Positions 17,830 to 28,327 of a DNA stretch of 64,000 nucleotides are shown here, one piece after another. A model generated the notes under the pieces. It did not search any database, was not told the DNA's origin, and saw nothing but the letters and a program-made list of their open reading frames with translations. The stretch is from Escherichia coli (lineage in GTDB: Bacteria > Pseudomonadota > Gammaproteobacteria > Enterobacterales > Enterobacteriaceae). Numbering within the stretch: the stretch's first letter is position 1; the number at the start of each line of letters is the position of its first letter. The stretch is taken from NCBI RefSeq assembly GCF_041248615.1, contig NZ_CP158426.1; one strand, written 5' to 3'. The position numbers and the translations under genes were made by a program.

Positions 17830-17871
17830 ATAAGTCCGGATGGGTATTTACCGCAGTCCGGACTTATTTTT
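17830..17871 (+). terminator. Plus-strand intrinsic terminator abutting the ynfM stop codon
   Basis: Perfect 11-bp stem ATAAGTCCGGA/TCCGGACTTAT with 16-nt loop followed by TTTT; orientation is plus although no annotated plus-strand gene lies upstream. Confidence 0.5.
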
Positions 17872-19124
17872 CAGGCGTGCAGACGACGATGCAAACGCGT
17901 CCCGACCAGCAGAGCAATGACCAGCATCAGAGCAATAAATGCGCCGACGCCGTTCCAGCCATAGTTATGCCAGAAAACACCACCCAGCGTCCCGGCAATA
18001 CTCGACCCCAGATAGTAACTGAACAGATACAGCGAGGAGGCCTGGCCTTTAGCGCGTTTTGCGCGGGGGCCGATCCAGCTGCTGGCAACGGAGTGGGCTG
18101 CGAAGAATCCGGCTGAGAAGAATAACATTCCGGCAAAGATCAGCCACAGCGAGCTAAATAAGGTCATCAGTAAACCAAACAGCATAACCCCCGTCGAAAA
18201 CAACATCACCGGACCGCGCCCATAGCGGGTGGTCATGGTTCCGGCTTTGGGTGAGCTCCATGTACCGGTCAAATAAGCCAGCGATAATAAGCCAACCACG
18301 GCCTGGCTGACATGCCAGGGGGAGAGCATCAACCGATAGCCGATGTAATTAAACAGCGTGACGAACGACCCCATCAGCAAAAAGCCTTCTGCGAACAATA
18401 ACGGTAATCCCCGGTCACGCCAGTGCAGACGAAAGTTGATAAACAACGTCTTAGGTCGCAGCGAAGTCGGGCGAAAATGGCGTGATTCAGGGAGGATTTT
18501 CCAGAACATTAACGCCGAGGCCAGCGCGAAACAACCGATTGCCGCCAGCGCAATTCGCCAGTTGAAAAAGTCCGTGAAGACACCGCTAATTAAGCGTCCG
18601 CTCATGCCGCCAATTGAGTTGCCGCTGATATACAACCCCATCGAAAAGGCCACGAAACTGGGGTGGATTTCCTCGCTAAGATAAGTCATGCCAACAGCTG
18701 CTACGCCACTTAACGAAAGCCCAATCAAGGCGCGCATAATCAAAATGCCGTGCCAGCTGGTCATCATTGTCGAAAGTAACGTACAAATGGAGGCCAACAG
18801 TAGCGCCGTGACCATCACTGGTTTGCGACCAATGGCATCGGATAACGGGCCAGTAAACAGCAAACCGATAGCCAACATCGCCGTGGAAATGGACAGTGAA
18901 ATACTACTGTTCGCGGGCGTTAAGCCAAACTCCTGCGAAAGCACCGGAAGGATAGGTTGCACACAATAGAGAAGTGCGAAGGTTGCCAGTCCGGCAGAGA
19001 ACAGCGCCAGGGTGACGCGCATAAATTGCGGCGTACCGCGTTTAATAAATTGATTTGGCTGAGAAATGCTTTGCTTGTCAGTGTCGCTTGCCGGAGCGCC
19101 ATCAACAGTTGTAGTACGGCTCAC
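17871..19124 (-). CDS. ynfM: MFS transporter, 417 aa
   Basis: Track ORF 417 aa, 12-TM MFS-like; synteny. Confidence 0.88.
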   Translation of the reverse strand: MSRTTTVDGAPASDTDKQSISQPNQFIKRGTPQFMRVTLALFSAGLATFALLYCVQPILPVLSQEFGLTPANSSISLSISTAMLAIGLLFTGPLSDAIGRKPVMVTALLLASICTLLSTMMTSWHGILIMRALIGLSLSGVAAVGMTYLSEEIHPSFVAFSMGLYISGNSIGGMSGRLISGVFTDFFNWRIALAAIGCFALASALMFWKILPESRHFRPTSLRPKTLFINFRLHWRDRGLPLLFAEGFLLMGSFVTLFNYIGYRLMLSPWHVSQAVVGLLSLAYLTGTWSSPKAGTMTTRYGRGPVMLFSTGVMLFGLLMTLFSSLWLIFAGMLFFSAGFFAAHSVASSWIGPRAKRAKGQASSLYLFSYYLGSSIAGTLGGVFWHNYGWNGVGAFIALMLVIALLVGTRLHRRLHA

Positions 19125-19230
19125 TTGAAATCCTTGCTAAATATGCCTGTGGATCAGGCTTATGAATAGATTAGGAAAATGGAATTGTTCTGTCTAATAT
19201 ATTAATAATCTCAAATAAGATGTTTTAAAT

Positions 19231-20124
19231 ATGAATATTGAACTTCGTCATCTGCGTTACTATGTTGCTGTTGCAGAAGAGCTGCATTTCGGGCGCGCCG
19301 CTGCCCGCCTGAATATTTCGCAACCGCCGCTAAGTCAGCAGATTCAGGCACTGGAGCAACAAATCGGTGCCCGACTGCTGGCACGAACTAATCGCAGTGT
19401 ATTGCTGACGGCAGCAGGAAAACAGTTTCTTGCAGATAGTCGGCAAATCCTGTCAATGGTGGATGACGCTGCCGCTCGCGCTGAAAGACTGCATCAGGGT
19501 GAAGCGGGGGAGTTGCGCATTGGTTTTACTTCGTCCGCTCCTTTTATTCGGGCAGTGTCCGATACGTTATCGCTGTTTCGCCGTGATTATCCCGATGTCC
19601 ATTTACAAACCCGCGAAATGAACACTCGCGAGCAAATCGCTCCGCTCATTGAAGGAACGCTGGATATGGGATTGCTGCGTAACACAGCGTTACCGGAGAC
19701 GCTTGAACACGCAGTCATCGTCCATGAACCGCTTATGGCGATGCTCCCGCACGATCATCCCTTGGCAAATAACCCGAGTGTAACGCTGGCTGAACTGGCG
19801 AAAGAACCCTTTGTCTTTTTTGATCCGCACGTAGGGACAGGGCTGTATGACGATATTCTCGGGCTGATGCGACGTTACAATTTGACGCCCGTCATCACTC
19901 AGGAGGTGGGTGAGGCAATGACCATCATCGGTCTGGTTTCCGCTGGTCTGGGTGTTTCAATTTTGCCTGCGTCATTTAAACGTGTTCAGCTCAACGAAAT
20001 GCGCTGGGTGCCGATTGCTGAAGAGGATGCGGTTTCTGAAATGTGGTTGGTCTGGCCGAAACACCATGAACAAAGTCCGGCTGCGCGTAACTTTCGTATT
20101 CATCTGCTGAATGCTCTCAGGTGA
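19231..20124 (+). CDS. ynfL: LysR-family transcriptional regulator, 297 aa
   Basis: Track ORF 297 aa with N-terminal LysR HTH (MNIELRHLRYYVAVAEELHFGRAAARLNISQPPLSQQIQALE); divergent from ynfM. Confidence 0.88.
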   Translation: MNIELRHLRYYVAVAEELHFGRAAARLNISQPPLSQQIQALEQQIGARLLARTNRSVLLTAAGKQFLADSRQILSMVDDAAARAERLHQGEAGELRIGFTSSAPFIRAVSDTLSLFRRDYPDVHLQTREMNTREQIAPLIEGTLDMGLLRNTALPETLEHAVIVHEPLMAMLPHDHPLANNPSVTLAELAKEPFVFFDPHVGTGLYDDILGLMRRYNLTPVITQEVGEAMTIIGLVSAGLGVSILPASFKRVQLNEMRWVPIAEEDAVSEMWLVWPKHHEQSPAARNFRIHLLNALR

Positions 20125-20258
20125 GGGAAATTTCAGCGAAAAAGCCCGAAAAATGTGCTGTTAATCACATGCCTAAGTAAAAATTTGACGACACGTATTG
20201 AAGTGCTTCACCATAGCCTACAGATTATTTCGGAGCGCGAAAATATAGGGAGTATGCG

Positions 20259-21479
20259 GTGGTTGCTGAAAATCAGCCTGGGCACATTGATCAAATAAAG
20301 CAGACCAACGCGGGCGCGGTTTATCGCCTGATTGATCAGCTTGGTCCAGTCTCGCGTATCGATCTTTCCCGTCTGGCGCAGCTGGCTCCTGCCAGTATCA
20401 CTAAAATTGTCCGTGAGATGCTCGAAGCACACCTGGTGCAAGAGCTGGAAATCAAAGAAGCGGGGAACCGTGGCCGTCCGGCAGTGGGGCTGGTGGTTGA
20501 AACTGAAGCCTGGCACTATCTTTCTCTGCGCATTAGTCGCGGGGAGATTTTCCTTGCTTTGCGCGATCTGAGCAGCAAACTGGTAGTGGAGGAGTCGCAG
20601 GAACTGGCGTTAAAAGATGACTCGCCATTGCTGGATCGTATCATTTCCCATATCGATCAGTTTTTTATCCGCCACCAGAAAAAACTTGAGCGTCTGACTT
20701 CGATTGCCATTACCTTGCCGGGAATTATTGATACGGAAAATGGTATTGTACATCGCATGCCGTTCTATGAGGATGTAAAAGAGATGCCGCTCGGCGAGGC
20801 GCTGGAGCAGCATACCGGCGTACCGGTCTATATTCAGCATGATATCAGCGCATGGACGATGGCAGAGGCCTTGTTTGGTGCCTCACGCGGGGCGCGCGAT
20901 GTGATTCAGGTTGTTATCGATCACAACGTGGGGGCGGGCGTCATTACCGATGGTCATCTGCTACACGCAGGCAGCAGTAGCCTCGTGGAAATAGGTCACA
21001 CGCAGGTCGACCCGTATGGGAAACGCTGTTATTGCGGGAATCACGGCTGCCTCGAAACCATCGCCAGTGTGGACAGTATTCTTGAGCTGGCACAGCTGCG
21101 TCTCAATCAATCCATGAGCTCGATGTTACATGGACAACCGTTAACCGTGGACTCATTGTGTCAGGCGGCATTGCGCGGCGATCTACTGGCAAAAGACATC
21201 ATTACCGGGGTAGGCGCGCATGTCGGTCGCATTCTTGCCATCATGGTGAATTTATTTAACCCACAAAAAATACTGATTGGCTCACCGTTAAGTAAAGCGG
21301 CAGATATCCTCTTCCCGGTCATCTCGGACAGCATCCGTCAGCAGGCCCTTCCTGCGTATAGTCAGCACATTAGCGTTGAGAGTACTCAGTTTTCTAACCA
21401 GGGTACGATGGCAGGGGCTGCGCTGGTAAAAGACGCGATGTATAACGGTTCTTTGTTGATTCGTCTGTTGCAGGGTTAA
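20259..21479 (+). CDS. mlc: ROK-family global regulator Mlc (DgsA), 406 aa, GTG start
   Basis: Track ORF 406 aa MVAENQPGHIDQIKQTNAGAVYRLIDQ...; GTG at 20259. Confidence 0.92.
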   Translation: MVAENQPGHIDQIKQTNAGAVYRLIDQLGPVSRIDLSRLAQLAPASITKIVREMLEAHLVQELEIKEAGNRGRPAVGLVVETEAWHYLSLRISRGEIFLALRDLSSKLVVEESQELALKDDSPLLDRIISHIDQFFIRHQKKLERLTSIAITLPGIIDTENGIVHRMPFYEDVKEMPLGEALEQHTGVPVYIQHDISAWTMAEALFGASRGARDVIQVVIDHNVGAGVITDGHLLHAGSSSLVEIGHTQVDPYGKRCYCGNHGCLETIASVDSILELAQLRLNQSMSSMLHGQPLTVDSLCQAALRGDLLAKDIITGVGAHVGRILAIMVNLFNPQKILIGSPLSKAADILFPVISDSIRQQALPAYSQHISVESTQFSNQGTMAGAALVKDAMYNGSLLIRLLQG

Positions 21480-21603
21480 CATTTTTTAACTGTTCTACCA
21501 AAATTTGCGCTATCTCAATTTGGGCCAGGAAAGCATAACTTAGACTTTCAAGGTTAATTATTTTCCTGGTTTATATTTGTGAAGCATAACGGTGGAGTTA
21601 GTG

Positions 21604-22299
21604 ATGCTGAAGCGTTTCTTTATTACCGGTACAGACACTTCTGTAGGGAAAACGGTGGTTTCCCGCGCATTGCTACAAGCGTTAGCCTCCCAGGGAAAAA
21701 CGGTTGCGGGATATAAACCCGTAGCGAAGGGGAGCAAAGAGACACCCGAAGGGCTGCGTAATAAAGATGCCCTGGTGTTGCAGAGTGTTTCAACCATCGA
21801 ACTGCCTTATGAAGCAGTTAATCCTATCGCGTTAAGCGAAGAAGAAAGTAGCGTGGCGCACAGTTGCCCAATCAATTACACCCTCATTTCAAACGGCCTG
21901 GCAAACCTGACCGATAAAGTCGATCATGTGGTGGTAGAAGGGACTGGCGGCTGGCGCAGTCTGATGAATGATTTGCGTCCGCTCTCTGAATGGGTGGTGC
22001 AGGAACAACTGCCGGTATTGATGGTTGTCGGTATTCAGGAAGGTTGCATTAACCATGCACTGCTAACAGCTCAGGCGATCGCCAACGACGGGCTACCGCT
22101 CATTGGCTGGGTGGCTAACCGAATCAATCCAGGACTGGCGCATTATGCGGAAATCATTGATGTGCTCGGTAAAAAACTTCCGGCACCGCTCATTGGTGAA
22201 CTGCCTTATCTGCCGCGCGCCGAACAGCGTGAACTGGGGCAATACATCCGCTTAGCTATGCTGCGCAGTGTGCTGGCGGTAGATAGAGTCACGGTGTAA
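21604..22299 (+). CDS. ynfK: Dethiobiotin synthetase paralogue (BioD-like), 231 aa
   Basis: Track ORF 235 aa; start placed at [17 protein letters not shown] (ATG 21604) with P-loop; 3' end overlaps clcB 3' end by 48 nt. Confidence 0.85.
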   Translation: MLKRFFITGTDTSVGKTVVSRALLQALASQGKTVAGYKPVAKGSKETPEGLRNKDALVLQSVSTIELPYEAVNPIALSEEESSVAHSCPINYTLISNGLANLTDKVDHVVVEGTGGWRSLMNDLRPLSEWVVQEQLPVLMVVGIQEGCINHALLTAQAIANDGLPLIGWVANRINPGLAHYAEIIDVLGKKLPAPLIGELPYLPRAEQRELGQYIRLAMLRSVLAVDRVTV

Positions 22300-23508
22300 A
22301 GTCCGCGAAATTACCGACGCAATTACGCAGGCAATCAATAAACCGGGGAGTAGCTGATACTCCCCGGTCATTTCACATATCATCAACGTCGACATAATCG
22401 GCGCGTGCGTGGTTGCCGCCAACAGTGTCGCCATCCCGGTCAATCCGAGTAAAAGCGTAATTTCTTCGCCATCAGGGAACCATAATCCCAGGCTACGACC
22501 ATACAACATGCCAATGGCAAGACCGATAAATAGCGTCGGTGTAAAGACACCACCGGGCGCGCCAGAACCACTACTCGCCAGCACGGCAAACAGTTTACAG
22601 AGGAAGATCCCGGCAATGATCATTAACAGTGGCGGGGCGGTTAAAAAGGATTGTACGGTGCTATAGCCGTTGCCCCACACTGCAGGTGTGAACAGGGAAA
22701 GCAGCCCCACGATCAACCCGCCCAGTGCCAGTTGCCAGGGCGGCGCAAGTTTGAGACTCACAAATCCACGATGACAGGCGTTCATTAACGTTAACAACAG
22801 TGGTCCGCACAGACCTGCCAGCACACCTGTACTGATAATCAGCGCATAGTCACGAGCCTGAACCGTCACTGAGAGTTGTACGCTGTAGAGTAACGCGTCG
22901 CTATGATTAATCAGATTGCTAACCAGCAACGCCACGACGGCGGAAATAATCACCGGGCCGAGAGAGGCCAACATCATAGTGCCAAACAGCACTTCGGCTA
23001 TAAATAAACTGCCAGCAAGCGGGGCGCGATAGGCCGCAGCCATTCCCGCCGCAGCTCCACAGGCGATCCATAATTTCCACTCCTGGCGTGGCGTAAAACG
23101 TTGGGCAAAACAGGAGGCGGCAAGGGCAGCTAAAAGAATCATCGCACCTTCGCGACCAATTGCACTGCCGCTGGTTACTACCAGCAGAGAGGCAAGCGAT
23201 TTAACCAGGCTTGCTGCGTAATCGAACTGCCCATCGGTTTGCAACGCTTCCATGTAATCGGTCGGCGCATGAGGGCGTTGCTGGGTAAATTTCTGCCAGC
23301 CCATCAGCAACAAACCCGCCGCCAGTCCGCCGAGCGCCGGAGTTAGCAGCCGTCGCCACGGGGAAAGATTTGTCGCTGCATTGACCAGACTGCCCGAGTC
23401 ATTATTGAGGAACAACCACTCCAGTAGCAGCATCGTATGACGAAACCCGGCAACGGCAAAGGCCGCGAGAATACCGACGACTGTTGCGATAAGCAGACGG
23501 CGGAACAT
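22252..23508 (-). CDS. clcB: ClC-family voltage-gated chloride channel, 418 aa
   Basis: Track ORF 438 aa; start placed at [12 protein letters not shown] (complement ATG 23506-23508); GSAIGREG and GGVFTP ClC motifs present. Confidence 0.88.
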   Translation of the reverse strand: MFRRLLIATVVGILAAFAVAGFRHTMLLLEWLFLNNDSGSLVNAATNLSPWRRLLTPALGGLAAGLLLMGWQKFTQQRPHAPTDYMEALQTDGQFDYAASLVKSLASLLVVTSGSAIGREGAMILLAALAASCFAQRFTPRQEWKLWIACGAAAGMAAAYRAPLAGSLFIAEVLFGTMMLASLGPVIISAVVALLVSNLINHSDALLYSVQLSVTVQARDYALIISTGVLAGLCGPLLLTLMNACHRGFVSLKLAPPWQLALGGLIVGLLSLFTPAVWGNGYSTVQSFLTAPPLLMIIAGIFLCKLFAVLASSGSGAPGGVFTPTLFIGLAIGMLYGRSLGLWFPDGEEITLLLGLTGMATLLAATTHAPIMSTLMICEMTGEYQLLPGLLIACVIASVISRTLHRDSIYRQHTAQHS

Positions 23509-23702
23509 AGTGCGCAGATCCGGATAGATGTGTAGATGATGCATGAGCAGAAATGGGCAATGAAACACGGGCGACTATTTTGCGGCAAAAGAAGCCAGAC
23601 GCAAAAGCAGTGCGTGCTTTAAGAGATAAAAAAACGTGACACTGTAACCTATTATTGCCGAATTGCGCGTAATCGCCACCATCCGGCAATATTACGGTGA
23701 TT

Positions 23703-24317
23703 CTATCGAAAGAGTGGTTTAACCGCGACAGGAATTAACAGTTGTGATTGCCATTGCGCCAGCGTTAAGCGAGCCAGTTCACCCAGTGCACGGTAGAAAG
23801 GGTGTTCTGCTTTTTCGATAAAAACGTCAAGAAAACGTGTTGACCACGGAAAAAGGTGCCATGCCAGCAATTCTTCGCATTCTGTCTGGCGACCATTCTC
23901 CGCCAACCACGCAGCCATCAACAGCAGTGAACCAAAATGATCTTCCGGTTCGTTTTGCTTCATTTCAAACTGAATGCCTTTCTCGCGCATCCACTGACGA
24001 AGTGCCAATGTTGAATCGCCAAACAGCACAGATTCGCGATCCAGCCAGACCGACCCCCACGGCGGTGATGGCAGAGCCCACGGACCGACAAACAAACGCT
24101 GCCAGGCCTGGGCGTGAGTCTCTTCACACTGTGTCTGAAAAGCCGTCACCAGCGGCGCTAATGACGCTTCTGGTAGAGGCCACTGAGTTTCCCAGCCGTC
24201 ACGGGTGAGTACCGCAACCAGAGGTGCGGCTTCCGCACTCTCTGGAGCGTAATAAAACAGCGCGCCCAACACGCGCGCCGCGACAGAAAAATTATCTTGC
24301 TGTGAAAAATGGGTCAT
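23703..24317 (-). CDS. dmsD: Tat proofreading chaperone DmsD, 204 aa
   Basis: Track ORF 207 aa; start placed at MTHFSQQDNFSVAARVLGALFYY; follows ynfEFGH. Confidence 0.9.
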   Translation of the reverse strand: MTHFSQQDNFSVAARVLGALFYYAPESAEAAPLVAVLTRDGWETQWPLPEASLAPLVTAFQTQCEETHAQAWQRLFVGPWALPSPPWGSVWLDRESVLFGDSTLALRQWMREKGIQFEMKQNEPEDHFGSLLLMAAWLAENGRQTECEELLAWHLFPWSTRFLDVFIEKAEHPFYRALGELARLTLAQWQSQLLIPVAVKPLFR

Positions 24318-24359
24318 TCCTAACATCCTGAAATGTGCGGGTTGCCCCGCACCAATTTG

Positions 24360-25214
24360 TTAACCTGCAATAGCCATTCCTACCGTCATGTGCAGGCCAT
24401 AAAAGAGCACACGCCCGATCATCTCACCGCCAAGTATGAGGATTAGCCCCAGAACAAGTCCGGCAACGTGAGGTTCACGGCGACGAATGAGCGGACAAAG
24501 CCAGCATCCTAGACCTGCGCATAACAATACCACACGCCAGACCTGTAAGGAGGCGTAATCTGGTACCAGTGCGCTGGCTTGTTGTACGGATGAGTGAATA
24601 GACGCCAGAGACAAACCTTGCAGCACAATCACCCCGGCACAAGCGATCAGCGCCAGAACGCTAATGATGGCAAATGGTGTGGTATTAAATGTAACGCGGG
24701 CTGCCCGCAGAATTGTGGCAGCAAGTATTGGACCGCTCAACAATACTGTCAGGAAGAAAGCCAGCGTAGTGTAACCGTTATACCAGGTTGGCACTGTGTC
24801 GATTTGATACACGCAGGTCATCATCCAGACGAAAATGACGCCGAGCGCCATGCTGACAAGTAACCAGAGTTTCCCCAACGCTTGCGGCATTTTACCGATG
24901 ACTGCCACCAGCCACCATAATCCGCCAACGGCAAAAAATATGGAACCGGCAGCAATCTCGTTACTCAGACCAGAAGCTCCGATTCGATTCAGCGAGTTAA
25001 ACGCTCGCAGTGGCGATCCCAGGTGCATGACAGAGGCAATAAACCCGATGCCCATCAACAGCCAGAGGAAAAACATGCCACGGACAATACGCTGACGGTC
25101 TGCGTCATTATTGGCGGCGAACCAGCCAATTCCGCTAACAATCAGCGCGCCTACTACGCATTGACCCAATACGGTAAAGATAACCAGTGGCCATTCATGC
25201 CATCCATTTCCCAT
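24360..25214 (-). CDS. ynfH: DmsC-like membrane anchor subunit of DMSO-reductase paralogue, 284 aa
   Basis: Track ORF 364 aa; start placed at MGNGWHEWPLVIFTVLGQ (complement ATG 25212-25214), 1 nt after ynfG stop. Confidence 0.88.
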   Translation of the reverse strand: MGNGWHEWPLVIFTVLGQCVVGALIVSGIGWFAANNDADRQRIVRGMFFLWLLMGIGFIASVMHLGSPLRAFNSLNRIGASGLSNEIAAGSIFFAVGGLWWLVAVIGKMPQALGKLWLLVSMALGVIFVWMMTCVYQIDTVPTWYNGYTTLAFFLTVLLSGPILAATILRAARVTFNTTPFAIISVLALIACAGVIVLQGLSLASIHSSVQQASALVPDYASLQVWRVVLLCAGLGCWLCPLIRRREPHVAGLVLGLILILGGEMIGRVLFYGLHMTVGMAIAG

Positions 25215-25215
25215 T

Positions 25216-25833
25216 TTACACTTCCTCCGGATTAGCCAGATAACCAGTGGTATCGCCGGTCGGGCGGCTGTTGGCGTTAGGTTTGATAACGATATTGGGT
25301 TTTGTGAAATGCGCGCGCGGTAGTGGCGCGACGGCAGCCAGAGTGCCGTGCTTCTGGCGCAGCTCTTCAATTGGACCGAACTCAAGTGCACGCAGCGGGC
25401 AGGATTCGACACATATGGGTTGTTTCCCCTCGGCGACGCGCGAATAACAACCATCGCACTTCGTCATGTGTCCTTTTTCAGCATTGTACTGTGGCGCGCC
25501 GTACGGACAAGCCATGTGGCAGTAGCGGCAGCCGATACAAACATCTTCATCAACCACCACAAAGCCATCTTCACGCTTATGCATTGCGCCGCTGGGGCAG
25601 ACTTTTGTACATGCGGGGTCATCGCAATGGTTACAGGAGATGGAGAGATAATAAGCGAACACGTTCTGGTGCCAGACGCCATTATCTTCCTGCCAGTCGC
25701 CGCCAGCATATTCATAAATACGGCGGAAACTGACTTCCGGGCCAAGATCTTTAAAATCTTTGCACGCCAGTTCGCAGGTTTTACAGCCAGTACAGCGGCT
25801 GGAATCGATAAAAAATCCATATTGTGTGGTCAT
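25216..25833 (-). CDS. ynfG: DmsB-like 4Fe-4S ferredoxin subunit, 205 aa
   Basis: Track ORF 205 aa with four CxxCxxCxxxCP clusters. Confidence 0.92.
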   Translation of the reverse strand: MTTQYGFFIDSSRCTGCKTCELACKDFKDLGPEVSFRRIYEYAGGDWQEDNGVWHQNVFAYYLSISCNHCDDPACTKVCPSGAMHKREDGFVVVDEDVCIGCRYCHMACPYGAPQYNAEKGHMTKCDGCYSRVAEGKQPICVESCPLRALEFGPIEELRQKHGTLAAVAPLPRAHFTKPNIVIKPNANSRPTGDTTGYLANPEEV

Positions 25834-25843
25834 GGGCTACTCC

Positions 25844-28270
25844 TTAAACCTTTTCGATCTGGACAAGATTGCTGTGCGACGGGTTTCCCTTTGCCAGCGG
25901 TGAAGGGCGGTGAGAGGTCAGAATATTGATACTGCCGCCGTGATCGACCCGGTCACCAAACATATCCGCTTTAAGCCACGCACCTTGCCCGATGGCGGTA
26001 ACGCCAGGCAGAATACGCGGAGTCACTTTTGCGGCAATCAGCATTTCTCCATTATTGTTAAATACCCGCACGGTATCGCCATGACGGATACCGCGTGCCT
26101 GAGCATCAATAGGGTTGATCCACACCTCTTGTGGGCAGGCCTGCTGTAACACATCAATATTGCCGTAGCTGGAGTGGGTACGCGCTTTGTAGTGGAAGCC
26201 CGTTAGCTGCAGTGGATAGGTTTTCCGCAGGGGATCGTCCCAGCCATCAAAACCTGGGGTATACGCAGGAAGGGGATGAATAATTTCATCTTTTTTCAAT
26301 TCCCAGGTATCCGCAATCGTCGCCAGTCGTTCAGAATAAATTTCGATTTTCCCCGAAGGTGTTTTCAACGGGTTTGCCTGTGGATCTTCACGGAATGCGC
26401 GGAAAGCGACGTAGTGTTCTTCCGGGCATTTTTTCTTAAAGATCCCGGTCGTTTTCATCTCCTCGTAGTCGGGCATCTCAGGGTTACGTTCCTTCGTTTT
26501 CGCATGGAGATATTTGATCCATTCGTGCTGACTGCGGCCTTCAGTAAAGGTTTGATAAACGTCTGGTCCTAAGCGTTTGGCGACTTCGCTCAGCATCCAG
26601 TAGATGGGTTTGCGTTCAAATTTTGCTGAGGTTGCGGGTTGGGCGAGGATCACATAGCCCATATTCCCGGCAGATTCGTGAGAGATAAGGTCTTCTTGCT
26701 CTGTTGGCATCAGGTCGGGCAACAGGATATCGCAATACTTAGCCGAGGCAGTCATGAAGTGGTCAATGCCAACAATCATCTCGCACTTGCTGTCATCCTG
26801 AAGCACCTCATGGGTGTGATTGATGTCGCCATGTTGATTGATCAATGTGTTACTGGCGTAGCACCATAAAAACTTGATGGGGACATCCAGTTTTTCTTTT
26901 CCACGAACACCATCACGGGTCGCGGTCATTTCCGTACCGTGGTCGATGGCATCTGTCCATGTAAAGACGGAAATCTGCGTTTTAACAGGATTCTCAAGCA
27001 TCGGGAACCATTCTACCCCCAGATCCCAGCTACCTTCGCGTACACCTGAGTTGCCGCCGTTTATGCCGACGTTACCGGTGAGAACGGAAAGCATGGCAAT
27101 AGCGCGGGACGTTTGTTCGCCGTTGGAGTGTCGTTGTGGCCCCCAACCCTGACAAATATAAGCAGGTTTTGCTGAACCGATCTCTCGTGCCAACTGGATA
27201 ATTTTTTCTGCCGGTATGCTGGTGATTTTTGCTGCCCATTCCGGCGTTTTAGCTATGCCGTCAGGCCCTTCGCCCAGAATATAGGCTTTATAATGCGCGT
27301 TACGTGGTGCGTTGGCGGGCAGCGTTTTTTCATCGTAACCAACACAATATTTGTCGAGAAATGGCTGATCGACCATGTTTTCAGTAATCAGTACCCAGGC
27401 AATCGCACAGGCCAGTGCGCCATCGGTGCCTGGGCGAATTGGCAGCCATTCATCTTCACGCCCGGCAGCAGTGTCGTTATAACGTGGATCGATGACGATC
27501 ATACGTGCGTTTGAACGTTCTCGGGCTTGCTCGACGTAGTAAGTGACACCACCGCCGCTCATCCGGGTTTCTGCCGGGTTATTTCCGAACATAACGACCA
27601 GTTTCGTATTGGCTATATCATCCGGGCTGTTGCCATCATTGGCACCGAACATATAACTCATTGCGGCACTGATCTGTGCGGTACTGTAGCTGCCATAGCG
27701 ACTGAGAAAACCACCGCAAGAGTTCATCAGACGGTACGGGACGTTTGAGTTGGTGATGTTTCCGCCATCTACGCCTGTTCCATAGAGAACATGTACAGCC
27801 TCATTGCCGTAATCTTTTAGGATCCGCCGAAGATTATCACTGATGGTATCCAGGGCTTCGTCCCAACTTATCCGTTCAAATTTACCTTCACCGCGCTTGC
27901 CGACGCGCTTCATGGGATATTTCAACCTATCAGGATGATTCATCCGTCGGCGGATAGAGCGCCCGCGTAAACACGCTCGAACCTGATGATTACCGTAGAC
28001 GTCGTCACCTGTCGTATCAGACTCCACCCAGTACACGGTGTCATCTTTCACATGCAAACGTAACAGACAGCGGCTCCCGCAGTTAACGGTGCAGGAACTC
28101 CAGACCGCTTTCTCTTCTACCGGTGCCTCTGCCGCTCGGACCATTTGGGAAAATGGCAGAGTGAAAGCACTGCTTGCCAGCGCGAGACTGCCAAGTGCGG
28201 AGGTTTTCATCAGACTTCTACGGCTGATTTCAGCCTTCATGAGCGCCTCTGTGGTATGGATTTTCATCAT
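25844..28270 (-). CDS. ynfF: DmsA-like molybdopterin oxidoreductase catalytic subunit (Tat signal), 807-808 aa
   Basis: Track ORF 808 aa with twin-arginine motif (SRRSLMKTSALGS) and Mo-bisMGD domain; start may be the second Met. Confidence 0.9.
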   Translation of the reverse strand: MMKIHTTEALMKAEISRRSLMKTSALGSLALASSAFTLPFSQMVRAAEAPVEEKAVWSSCTVNCGSRCLLRLHVKDDTVYWVESDTTGDDVYGNHQVRACLRGRSIRRRMNHPDRLKYPMKRVGKRGEGKFERISWDEALDTISDNLRRILKDYGNEAVHVLYGTGVDGGNITNSNVPYRLMNSCGGFLSRYGSYSTAQISAAMSYMFGANDGNSPDDIANTKLVVMFGNNPAETRMSGGGVTYYVEQARERSNARMIVIDPRYNDTAAGREDEWLPIRPGTDGALACAIAWVLITENMVDQPFLDKYCVGYDEKTLPANAPRNAHYKAYILGEGPDGIAKTPEWAAKITSIPAEKIIQLAREIGSAKPAYICQGWGPQRHSNGEQTSRAIAMLSVLTGNVGINGGNSGVREGSWDLGVEWFPMLENPVKTQISVFTWTDAIDHGTEMTATRDGVRGKEKLDVPIKFLWCYASNTLINQHGDINHTHEVLQDDSKCEMIVGIDHFMTASAKYCDILLPDLMPTEQEDLISHESAGNMGYVILAQPATSAKFERKPIYWMLSEVAKRLGPDVYQTFTEGRSQHEWIKYLHAKTKERNPEMPDYEEMKTTGIFKKKCPEEHYVAFRAFREDPQANPLKTPSGKIEIYSERLATIADTWELKKDEIIHPLPAYTPGFDGWDDPLRKTYPLQLTGFHYKARTHSSYGNIDVLQQACPQEVWINPIDAQARGIRHGDTVRVFNNNGEMLIAAKVTPRILPGVTAIGQGAWLKADMFGDRVDHGGSINILTSHRPSPLAKGNPSHSNLVQIEKV

Positions 28271-28327
28271 TACTCACTTATTGCTTTTCAAACAAAATGT
28301 CATGTCAGAATTTATGGTTGTAGTGGG

